64,000 bases of DNA from Patescibacteria group bacterium (GTDB lineage Bacteria; Patescibacteriota; Minisyncoccia; Moranbacterales; DUUL01). The stretch spans positions 62,020 to 126,019 of the forward strand of contig JAYEFY010000048.1 of assembly GCA_034658815.1 (NCBI GenBank), written 5' to 3'. The notes under the pieces are model-generated. The model was given only the letters and a program-made list of their open reading frames with translations. It was not told the DNA's origin and did not search any database. Of this stretch, positions 28,847 through 37,294 are shown piece after piece (the stretch's first letter is position 1; each line of letters opens with the position of its first letter). The translations under genes and the position numbers were made by a program.

Positions 28847-28918
28847 TTTACATCAAAGTGGCAAATAATAAGATTAAAAACATCATTAATCCGTTGGATT
28901 TAAATTAAATTTATTTAT

Positions 28919-29701
28919 ATGAAAATCAGAAAAAAGTCAAAAAAAGAGATAGTAACGCTTCGAGAGGGCGGTAAAATTCTTGCCGAAGCCCTTTATGCTG
29001 CCGCGGAAGAAGCAAAATTGGGAACAAAAAAAAATGTGAGTACGTGGAAACTTAACGAGATTGCCGAGAAAATAATTCGTTCACATGATGCCGTTCCGTC
29101 ATTTCTCGGATATCCGGATGAAAACGGGCTCAAATACCCGGCGTCTCTATGTGTTTCAATAGATGATGAAATTGTCCATGGGGTTCCCAAAAAAGATCGA
29201 ATATTGCGCGATGGCGATCTTGTGACGCTGGATCTGGGAGTTATCTATAAGAAACTTTATACTGATTCGGCTTTAACTGTTATTGTCGGCAAAGGATCAC
29301 CTATTGCGCATAAAATAACCGAGGTGACAAAGAGGGCTCTTGAATTAGGCCTTGAGCAGATGTATTCCGGTTCAACATTGGGAAATTACGGGAATGCCGT
29401 GGATCGATATGTCAGAAGCAAAGGTTTTGTAACCGCGAAAGGAATCGGGGGACATGGTGTGGGATATGCCGTCCATGAACCTCCGTTCATACCAAATGAC
29501 GGGTCTCCCGGAACCGGGCTCAGGATCGAAGAAGGAATGGTTCTTGCCCTGGAGCCGCTCATCAATGAAAAAACGGAGATGATCGAACAAGCGCTTGACG
29601 GAATAACATTTAAAACTGTTGACGGCGGTTTATCTGCGCAGTTTGAACATACCGTGGCGATAACAAAAGACGGGCATAAAGTGCTAACGGAGCGAGAATA
29701 A
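28919..29701 (+). CDS. map: Methionine aminopeptidase type I
   Basis: IVHGVP, DLG...DSA, GHGVG..VHEPP, ALEP, QFEHT. Confidence 0.95.
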   Translation: MKIRKKSKKEIVTLREGGKILAEALYAAAEEAKLGTKKNVSTWKLNEIAEKIIRSHDAVPSFLGYPDENGLKYPASLCVSIDDEIVHGVPKKDRILRDGDLVTLDLGVIYKKLYTDSALTVIVGKGSPIAHKITEVTKRALELGLEQMYSGSTLGNYGNAVDRYVRSKGFVTAKGIGGHGVGYAVHEPPFIPNDGSPGTGLRIEEGMVLALEPLINEKTEMIEQALDGITFKTVDGGLSAQFEHTVAITKDGHKVLTERE

Positions 29702-29707
29702 GATAAT

Positions 29708-30121
29708 ATGAATATTAATAACAAAACACAATATATTCTTGGAATTGATTGGGGCATGAAAAAATGCGGAATTGCCATTGCGGATGATGAAACGCGTATC
29801 GCGACTGCGAAGAAAGAGTGTGGCGCAACAACTCTTTTTGAATTGGTTGACTCAATAAATAAAAGATATCCGCTAAGCGCCATTATTATAGGCAGTTCAA
29901 AATTAAATGTAAATGACCGGAATTTAAAACATATCAAGAAAGTTATTGAACAATTCACAAAAAATGGTTTTTCTGTCCATGAAGAGGAGGAAATGTTCTC
30001 CACTTTACTGGCACAACGAAATCTGGCAGAGGCCGATAAAAAAAACATATCTAAGAATGATAATGCTGAATCTGCCCGTGTAATTTTGCAAAGCTGGTTA
30101 GACAATAACAGGCGAACTTGA
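29708..30121 (+). CDS. yqgF: YqgF/RuvX family pre-16S rRNA nuclease
   Basis: ILGIDWG.KKCGIAI, EE.FST, D..ESA.VILQ.WL. Confidence 0.85.
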   Translation: MNINNKTQYILGIDWGMKKCGIAIADDETRIATAKKECGATTLFELVDSINKRYPLSAIIIGSSKLNVNDRNLKHIKKVIEQFTKNGFSVHEEEEMFSTLLAQRNLAEADKKNISKNDNAESARVILQSWLDNNRRT

Positions 30122-30197
30122 TATAATTTAATTGGAAAGTATTTTCGAAGATAAAATAAAAATAAAGAGAAAGGGATATTAATTATTTGAATATATT

Positions 30198-30983
30198 ATG
30201 CAAAACACAAAACCTGTGTATTCTGTTGTTATTCCCGCATACAATGAATTCTCGAAACCCAAGGAAATGGAAGAGCATCTGCACTCTATCGAAAGCTTTT
30301 TTGATCGACTGGGACAGCATTACGAAATAATAATTGTGCTTGATGGGCCAAATGACGGCACCCCGGATCTCGTTCGAGAAAAAACGAAGGATATGGATCA
30401 TGTGCGCATCATTAAAAGAAAAGAAAATAAAGGGAAAGGATATTCAGTTCGAGAAGGAATGCTTGCGGCAGAAGGGCAGATCAGGTTATTTACGGACATG
30501 GACGGCGCGACGCCGATCACAATGCTTGAAAGATTTATTCCTAAATTTCAGGAAGGAGCCGATATCGTTGTCGGTTCAAGAGATCTGAAAGAATCACAAA
30601 TCAAGATACACCAGCCGAAATGGAAAGAATGGATAGGGGATTTTGGAAATTTGTTTATTCAAGCGGGAACAGGATTATGGGGAATGAAAGATACTCAGTG
30701 CGGATTTAAAGTATTAACTGAAAAGGCAGTGAAAGATATCATGCCGCGGATGACAATTGATCGTTGGGGATTCGATTTTGAAATGTTAATGGTGGGTCGG
30801 TGTCTTGGATATAAAATTGTTGAAGTGCCGGTAGAGTGGCTTGACAAAGGCGATAGCCTTGTCGGAATTAGCGGATATATAAGCACCTTTCGCGATCTTA
30901 TCCGCGTGAGATGGAATATGATCCGGGGCGTATACAAATTTGGAAAGAAGATCAATGAAATTGAAATGAGAAAGATGGACTAA
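30198..30983 (+). CDS. GT2 glycosyltransferase (polyprenyl/dolichyl-phosphate glucosyltransferase-like)
   Basis: SVVIPAYNE, NKGKG.SVREG, FTDMD, DTQCGFK, WGFD.E. Confidence 0.9.
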   Translation: MQNTKPVYSVVIPAYNEFSKPKEMEEHLHSIESFFDRLGQHYEIIIVLDGPNDGTPDLVREKTKDMDHVRIIKRKENKGKGYSVREGMLAAEGQIRLFTDMDGATPITMLERFIPKFQEGADIVVGSRDLKESQIKIHQPKWKEWIGDFGNLFIQAGTGLWGMKDTQCGFKVLTEKAVKDIMPRMTIDRWGFDFEMLMVGRCLGYKIVEVPVEWLDKGDSLVGISGYISTFRDLIRVRWNMIRGVYKFGKKINEIEMRKMD

Positions 30984-31094
30984 CGGCAAAATTGTTATTA
31001 GGGATTGTTGCCAAACTAACTTGCTCTGAAAAAAAGCACACTTTATTAAATATTTTCTATTATTTTTTGCAGCTAAAATTATTATTTTTCCGTA

Positions 31095-32204
31095 ATGGGA
31101 ATAAAAATAACAATCGAAAAAGATACAAAACCAAAAAAGGCGAAAGCAAAATCCTTGAAAAAGGTTCGAAGATCGAAAAAAGAAACACCCAAGCGAAAAA
31201 AGGCGGCATCGCAGTTGCGTCATGATCTGACAACAGGAGACTGGGTGGTTATTGCGACCAGCAGGAAAGCGCGTCCGGATGATTTCAAGGATGGCAAATC
31301 GAAGGCAAAACCAAAAGAAGATGATAATGTGAAAAAATGTTTGTTTTGCGACCCCGTCGCTTCAAGACAAGCGCCGGACGTCTTGATCTACAATACATCT
31401 GATGGCGATTGGTCTTTGCGCGTTTTTCCAAACAAATATCCGGCGTTTTCCCGTCCGTCGAGCGGACGCATCCGGCACGAAGAAGAAGGTCCTTATTTTT
31501 GGATGGATGGCGTGGGATATCACGAAGTTATTGTCACAAAAGACCACAAGAAACACATTGGACAAATGGATCCTTTGCGCGTTGCGGAGATTTTTGATGC
31601 TTACCAAATGAGATATATAGAGCTTATGAATAAAAAATCGGTTCGTTATATTGAGATCTTTCATAATCATGGGAAAGCCGCCGGAGCATCTATAACTCAT
31701 CCGCATTCTCAGCTTGCCGCAATTCCTATCATTTCCCCATATGTCAATCTGGAATTGAAGAGTTCGGAGTTATATTATGAAGCAAATAACCAATGCGTCT
31801 TTTGCACTATGATCGAGTGGGAGTTGGAACACAGAAAGCGAATCGTATTTGAAAATGAAATGTTCGCAGTATTCTGCCCGTTTGCGTCGCGAGCGGCATT
31901 TGAAATGTTTGTAATTCCAAAAAAACACAAGTCATATTTTGAGCGTTCTTCTGACGAGGAAAAAGTGGCTGGCGGAGAAGCGCTTCACGAGGCTATTCGA
32001 AAACTGGATGCCGTGCTTGGGAAGCCGTCCTATAATTTCTATCTTCAAACATCACCATGTGACGGAAAAGACTATCCGTATTTTCATTGGCATATAGAAA
32101 TACTTCCGCGTACTTCAACGTGGGCAGGCTTTGAGCTTTCAACCGGCGTCGAGGTTTCCGCGATCGAACCGGAGCGTGCGGCTGAATATCTTCGAAAAGC
32201 TTAA
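31095..32204 (+). CDS. galT: Galactose-1-phosphate uridylyltransferase
   Basis: CLFC, NKYP, GASITHPHSQ, HWHIEILPR. Confidence 0.92.
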   Translation: MGIKITIEKDTKPKKAKAKSLKKVRRSKKETPKRKKAASQLRHDLTTGDWVVIATSRKARPDDFKDGKSKAKPKEDDNVKKCLFCDPVASRQAPDVLIYNTSDGDWSLRVFPNKYPAFSRPSSGRIRHEEEGPYFWMDGVGYHEVIVTKDHKKHIGQMDPLRVAEIFDAYQMRYIELMNKKSVRYIEIFHNHGKAAGASITHPHSQLAAIPIISPYVNLELKSSELYYEANNQCVFCTMIEWELEHRKRIVFENEMFAVFCPFASRAAFEMFVIPKKHKSYFERSSDEEKVAGGEALHEAIRKLDAVLGKPSYNFYLQTSPCDGKDYPYFHWHIEILPRTSTWAGFELSTGVEVSAIEPERAAEYLRKA

Positions 32205-32230
32205 AGATAAAATTTGAGTATTCTATTGCT

Positions 32231-32809
32231 ATGTTCATGAACATACATACTGCCGTTGGAATAGTTGCAGCGCTCATGTTGCTCGATTATTTTCTAACTT
32301 TCAAGGGATATCAAAGTTACAAGAAACATTACGCGAAATATGTTGAGATCGAGACATATGAGTTGAACCCATCTTTTAAAAAGAGCATTAAAGAAGGCAA
32401 ATATAGCGCAAAACATGGTGCCTCGGTTGTTTTTGTTGCGCTTATATTATATGCGTTGTATTATTATATACAGGTTGTTTTATCGCCGATCTTTAATGTG
32501 GCAATGCTGATAATGGCGCAAGGAATGCTTATTTCGGCATTTTTATATGTTAACGTACGCCATCTCCGAAATCTTTTGATCTTTTCAGGGATCAAGAGAG
32601 GTGCTAAGATGCTTGAGGGAAAACTGTACCAAAGCAATTCATTTTCTTTGAGAGCGTCTTGTATTGACGCGTTTGGAATGTTTCTAATGTTATTTTTTGT
32701 GTTTCTATTTTTTCCAAACGTGTTCACTCTCGGATTTGCGTCCGGTCCATTGATCATTCTCTTGGTGCATTTACGGTGGATGTTCCCACAATCTCATAGT
32801 AAAAGATGA
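32231..32809 (+). CDS. Hypothetical membrane protein
   Basis: Several TM helices; D..LT and ELNP motifs. Confidence 0.7.
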   Translation: MFMNIHTAVGIVAALMLLDYFLTFKGYQSYKKHYAKYVEIETYELNPSFKKSIKEGKYSAKHGASVVFVALILYALYYYIQVVLSPIFNVAMLIMAQGMLISAFLYVNVRHLRNLLIFSGIKRGAKMLEGKLYQSNSFSLRASCIDAFGMFLMLFFVFLFFPNVFTLGFASGPLIILLVHLRWMFPQSHSKR

Positions 32810-32810
32810 A

Positions 32811-33308
32811 ATGATTATTGATACACAATTCGCCGTGGAACTGTTGCGAGAAATATCTCCCGAGATGGCTACTGTGATCATCGCGGCAACACCGATCTTT
32901 GAATTAAGGGGATCACTGCCGATCGCGATGACGGTTTATAATATGAATATACCGAATGCGTATTTTTGGTCTGTTGTTGGAAATGTCATTCCTGTAATAG
33001 TTATTATGTTTCTTCTTGATTCAGTTTCCACTTGGCTTTCAAAACATTTTTCATTTTGGAATAGATTTTTCACGTGGCTTTTTGAGAGAACCAGGAAAAG
33101 AGCCAAAAGCAAGATCGAAAAATACGGGCACTGGGGACTTTTCTTTCTTGTCGCGATTCCACTGCCCGTAACAGGCGGTTGGACGGGAGCAATGGCGGCG
33201 TTTCTTTTCGGCATTAAGAAGAGGAAAGCAATCCCCGTCATGTTGTTGGGAATTATGGCTGCCGGCGTAGTTGTTACACTTATTACAATTGGAGCAATAC
33301 ATTTATGA
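32811..33308 (+). CDS. COG2426 small multi-drug export-like membrane protein
   Basis: PIFELRGSLP, LVAIPLPVTGGWTG. Confidence 0.88.
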   Translation: MIIDTQFAVELLREISPEMATVIIAATPIFELRGSLPIAMTVYNMNIPNAYFWSVVGNVIPVIVIMFLLDSVSTWLSKHFSFWNRFFTWLFERTRKRAKSKIEKYGHWGLFFLVAIPLPVTGGWTGAMAAFLFGIKKRKAIPVMLLGIMAAGVVVTLITIGAIHL

Positions 33309-34090
33309 GTACGAAAAAAGAAGCACTCGTTGTCGCGAATTTCAAAATGAATTTTAACATGCGGTACGAGTTGCAGCATTGGTTTACAAGTTTTATAAAA
33401 GCAAAAAGAGGGATAAGGCTTGATTCAACGCGTCTTGTTTTATGTCCGCCTTTCATTCATCTAAGTTCATTTATAAAAAAAATAAGATCAAAACAAATTT
33501 CTTTTGGCGCGCAAGATTGTTTTTGGGAGCAGAAAGGCGCGTTTACCGGTGAAGTGAGTCCGACAATGATCAGGAGTTTTGGCGGAAAATATGTTATTGT
33601 AGGACATTCTGAGCGGCGCCGATATAAAGGGGAAACAAATAAAATAATAAATTACAAAATTATAGCAGCACTGAAAGCCGGGTTGCAGCCAATTTTATGT
33701 ATTGGGGAAAACGCCCGGGAGAAAAAACATGGCAGGCTTCTTTCCGTAATAACTAAGCAGTTTAAGGAATGCCTTTATGATATTAGCAAAAGTAGGATCA
33801 AGGATATAATTATTTGCTATGAGCCTGTGTGGGCGATCAGTGCTAATAAGCCTGACCATCTTCCAACAACAGACGAAATAATGGAAGCGAAGCTTTTAAT
33901 AAAAAAGCTTCTTATCCAAAAATATGAAAGGTTGATTTCTGAGCATGTGCGAATAATATATGGAGGAAGCGTTGTTTCAAAAAATGTGTCGGAAGTGTGC
34001 ATCGACGCGGGAATGGATGGAGCACTTGTAGGCGGAGCGAGTCTTTTGCCTTATGAATTCATCAAAATAGCCCAGGCCATCGATTTATGA
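33305..34090 (+). CDS. tpiA: Triosephosphate isomerase
   Basis: ANFKMN, GHSERR, YEPVWAI, YGGSV, LVGGASL. Confidence 0.96.
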   Translation: MSTKKEALVVANFKMNFNMRYELQHWFTSFIKAKRGIRLDSTRLVLCPPFIHLSSFIKKIRSKQISFGAQDCFWEQKGAFTGEVSPTMIRSFGGKYVIVGHSERRRYKGETNKIINYKIIAALKAGLQPILCIGENAREKKHGRLLSVITKQFKECLYDISKSRIKDIIICYEPVWAISANKPDHLPTTDEIMEAKLLIKKLLIQKYERLISEHVRIIYGGSVVSKNVSEVCIDAGMDGALVGGASLLPYEFIKIAQAIDL

Positions 34091-34111
34091 ATAAAATGTA
34101 AGATATAACAA

Positions 34112-34256
34112 GGGACTGTCTCCAAACTAACTTCTACCGAAAATTTCCTAATCCCGAGTACTCGGGACCAATGCCCCAAGCAGGTGTTCGCTAAAAGCGG
34201 GGCAGTACTCCGTTTTTAGCAGGCGACAGGCAGGGAAGCTGGCTTGGAAACACCCC
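34112..34256. repeat. MITE-like family B copy
   Basis: gggactgtctccaaactaacttc ... ggaagctggcttggaaacacccc. Confidence 0.65.
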
Positions 34257-34265
34257 TATAAATTT

Positions 34266-35123
34266 ATGAAAGCCAATACGATCGAAATTTTAAAAGACGC
34301 GATGAAGGGAGGATATGCCGTTGGCGCGTTCAATACCTTTGGTTTAGAGATTACGCAGAGTATTGTGCGTGCGTCGCACAAGCTTGGGAAGCCGTGTATT
34401 GTTCAAGCTACGACAAATGCTATGAAATATGCCGGCGGTAAAGTACTGGGAGATATCGTACGATCAGTTATTGCACACGAGTCAAATTCAACACAAATTG
34501 GATTTCACCTTGATCATGGCAAGACATTTAATGACGTGGCAAAAGCAATAGATGCGGGTGCGGATTCTGTTATGATAGACGCATCTTGTTCGGAATTTAA
34601 AGAAAATTGCGAGATTACCTCACATGTTGTCAAATATGCTCATGGAAAGGGCGTTGCTGTTCAAGCAGAACTTGGAAGTGTTCCCTATTTAGGGAGAGAA
34701 GATCAAGAAATTGACTGGGAGCAAGTTATGACAGATCCAGATCAGGCCAAAGCACTTATCGATAAAACGGAAGTTGACGCTCTTGCCATAGGCATTGGCA
34801 ATGCGCATGGATTTTTTCGAGAAAGACCGGTTCCGGATTGGGACAGACTCAAGATGATCCGCAGTATGATCCCCGATATTCCTCTTATTCTTCATGGCGC
34901 TTCAGATTGGACTGAGGAAAAAGTAAAACGTGCAATTATTGAGGGAGTTACTTGTTTCAATATCGATACTGACATTCGTATAGCTTTTGTTACATCTGTG
35001 CGCAATGCATTGGCGCAAGAATATGATATTGCTGTTGCTGATCCGAGAAAAATACTCGGAAACGCGCGTGAAAGCGCTATGAACAAAATAGAAGAAAAAA
35101 TACGAATGTTTAATAATCGGTGA
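34266..35123 (+). CDS. fba: Class II fructose-bisphosphate aldolase
   Basis: YAVGAFN, HLDHG, SVMIDAS, GNAHG, LILHGAS, NIDTD. Confidence 0.92.
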   Translation: MKANTIEILKDAMKGGYAVGAFNTFGLEITQSIVRASHKLGKPCIVQATTNAMKYAGGKVLGDIVRSVIAHESNSTQIGFHLDHGKTFNDVAKAIDAGADSVMIDASCSEFKENCEITSHVVKYAHGKGVAVQAELGSVPYLGREDQEIDWEQVMTDPDQAKALIDKTEVDALAIGIGNAHGFFRERPVPDWDRLKMIRSMIPDIPLILHGASDWTEEKVKRAIIEGVTCFNIDTDIRIAFVTSVRNALAQEYDIAVADPRKILGNARESAMNKIEEKIRMFNNR

Positions 35124-35236
35124 TAGCCGGCTAGTGATACATCATTTAAAAACCTAACCGTAGCCCTTATCGATTTATCATTAAAAACCTGACTGACTGA
35201 AGGATAAATATAATTAAGACTATCTTTTTTAACAAA

Positions 35237-35349
35237 TTAAATTTCTTTTAACTTTTTATCAATTTTTCTTTTTAATTCTGCTGGATTAAGTGTAGCATAA
35301 ATCTTTCTTAATTTCTCTTTTTCTTTTTCAGAAATGTAGAAAGATTCGG
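35237..35349 (-). pseudogene. C-terminal remnant of the IS transposase
   Basis: ESFYISEKEKEKLKK (frameshift) IYATLNPAELKRKIDKKLKEI*. Confidence 0.65.
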
Positions 35350-35450
35350 TTTTCGTAAAAAGCAAAAAACAGGCCAATAAAAAAGAGGATTAGAAAAACT
35401 TTGTGAATATGTTTTTCCAATCCCCGCGAAAGTTAGTTTTTGAGTCCTGA

Positions 35451-35783
35451 TTATTCCTCTAAGGATTTTAAATACTCCTTAGCATTTGCAGCTTCTCTAA
35501 TTGCATGGAGCAATATACTCGAGTTAAGCAATTTGGGCGCATCTTCTACTATTGTAGTAAGGCTAGCCACTATGTCAGTTGTCATTTCATTTGTTATTGT
35601 TTCTATATCTCTATGAGACAATAACTCTATATGTCCCCTTAGCCATGATACATTATCATGCAATAGATTTGTACCTTTAAGTAAGCTGGCCATTAAAGTA
35701 GCAGTCGAATTAGCTATTGCTTCAGCTGATTCACTTGCTCTTCTCAGATTTTTATTTTTTAATGATTTGCTTCTATCTTCCAC
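35451..35783 (-). CDS. Hypothetical helical protein (cargo inside the IS)
   Basis: GTG start with GGAGG; TTGACT-17-TACGCT promoter (35902-35874); downstream hairpin ggattagaaaaac/gtttttccaatcc. Confidence 0.65.
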   Translation of the reverse strand: MEDRSKSLKNKNLRRASESAEAIANSTATLMASLLKGTNLLHDNVSWLRGHIELLSHRDIETITNEMTTDIVASLTTIVEDAPKLLNSSILLHAIREAANAKEYLKSLEE

Positions 35784-35935
35784 TTTTCCCTCCTTATCCT
35801 ACTCACAATAATTTAAGTGTTTTTTCCAAAGAACATTTTTTATTGCCTTAAGCCAATCTCAAGGCGATACAAAAGCGTAGCAAAACACAATAAAAAAGTC
35901 AAGGCCTATTTTATGAGTTTTTATTTCACTTAGCA

Positions 35936-35969
35936 TAATCACTTTTATGCATATGCATAAAAGTGATTA
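35936..35969. repeat. Perfect 34-bp palindrome
   Basis: taatcacttttatgcat|atgcataaaagtgatta. Confidence 0.95.
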
Positions 35970-36069
35970 CATTAAAATTTTTTACCTCTCGTCACGGTCG
36001 TGAGCAGAGGTGAAATTTGGAAATTGTTATTATAATAAGTTTCGCTTGTTGAGAATTCACTTGTTGCGG

Positions 36070-36957
36070 CTAAGTAAAGCGCGTGCAATAAATAAACGAC
36101 AAAAAGATGCCAACCAGTTTTCTAACATGAGTCCAGTTCTTTTGCTCGATATGAGCATTGTCATTTTTCTTGTAAGGTCTGCCTCTGGTAAATTCAATAT
36201 CCTTTTCAATGCAATGTCTGTATAGCTGCCAATTGATAAATTCGCCTCCATTATCAGGATCAATTCCTTTTAAAGAAAAGGGTAGTCTTTCTTCGATATT
36301 ATCTAATCCTTTTTTAATCCTGATTTGAGCTTTTCCCATGACAGCTATGCTTTCTGTCCATTGAGTGCTGATATCAGTAAAAGTAAGGCTATTTATGAAT
36401 TCTCCAGAAGCAGAGTGTCCGCAATGAGCTACCGTATCCAATTTGCCAAATCCAGCTCTTTTCTCATCCCAAGAGGAAGTTTTAATGGGGATTTGTTTTT
36501 TTAACATACTTCCCGGTTTAGTAGTGGAAAATACTTTTTTCTTTTTGATTCTCTTGCTTCTTTTCAGTCTTCTATCAATAGTAGCTGATGATATCTTTAA
36601 TAATTTCTCTTTAACAGAATCAGTAAAAGAAACTTCTTCAAACTTTTCTAAAACTTCAATATATTCAGGAAGCATCGGAGCTAAATTCTGTCCGCAAGGA
36701 TAATCAAATATTTCCCAAATCTTTTTTAACTTCACAATAACATAACCGTCATATTTCTCCCTTCTTTTTCTGTTGATCGGATTGGCATAATCCAAATCTA
36801 TCTTAACGGAAAGTATTTGAATTAAATAGTTTCTGTTTAAAGTTGTGTTAACGCAAAGCTCATCTAAGATACTCCCTTTGCCTGTTCTGTTTGATTTTAA
36901 ATATCTCACCTTAACCTTTTTAACTAATTCTTTTTTAGATTTTTGACTCATTTCCAT
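36070..36957 (-). pseudogene. DDE integrase-type transposase, C-terminally truncated
   Basis: SSATIDRRL, TKPG, DTVAHCG, DPDNGGEFIN, RPYKKNDNAHIEQKN; homology ends after VRKLVG. Confidence 0.85.
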
Positions 36958-37054
36958 AGAGATAGTTATTAATTATTACTATCTCCAAGGTTAGATTTTA
37001 AATGATTTATCGTATAGGCTTTGGGTTAGGTTTTGGATGATTTAATTCGCGGCT

Positions 37055-37083
37055 TTGACAGTTTCTCTAAAAAAATGTACAGT
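37055..37083 (+). promoter_or_regulatory. Sigma70 promoter upstream of the candidate 6S RNA and rny
   Basis: TTGACA-17 bp-TACAGT. Confidence 0.6.
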
Positions 37084-37142
37084 ACATGGCAGGGATTTGA
37101 ATAGATATAAATATAGAGTAGAAATGCTTAACAAATAGATAA

Positions 37143-37284
37143 AAACATTGCAGCCGCTTGCAACTGAAAACATTAGCAAAGTGATTTATTCAATGGAAAC
37201 CAATTTTTTTTTGCACACACATTTGTTTTTGAATGTTCTTTTGTGCTTAAAATAAACACTGTTTAAATTTGTGGCGGTTTGTTT
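37143..37284 (+). ncRNA. Candidate 6S-like RNA (long rod with central bubble)
   Basis: Pairings agccgc/gcggtt, tgcaa/ttgtg, agca/tgct, attcaa/ttgaat; 3'-bubble hairpin taaac-act-gttta; located directly upstream of rny. Confidence 0.4.
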
Positions 37285-37294
37285 GGAACAAACC

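Larger units (their letters stand above)
28248..28908 (+). pseudogene. 5'-truncated tyrosine recombinase (Xer/integron-integrase-like), interrupted by the GIY-YIG element
   Basis: [24 protein letters not shown]...TTRIY; the native tail YIKVANNKIKNIINPLDLN* resumes at 28851-28908. Confidence 0.85.
35119..37060 (-). mobile_element. Disrupted DDE (rve-type, ISNCY-like) insertion sequence with internal cargo
   Basis: Imperfect long IRs, each carrying two copies of an atcat..aaaacctaacc-like unit (35119-35195 and 36988-37060); transposase split into two parts. Confidence 0.7.

Noticed and set aside
28248-28908. Active integron or prophage integrase
   Set aside because: N-terminal half missing, gene interrupted, and no attC array or phage genes adjacent.
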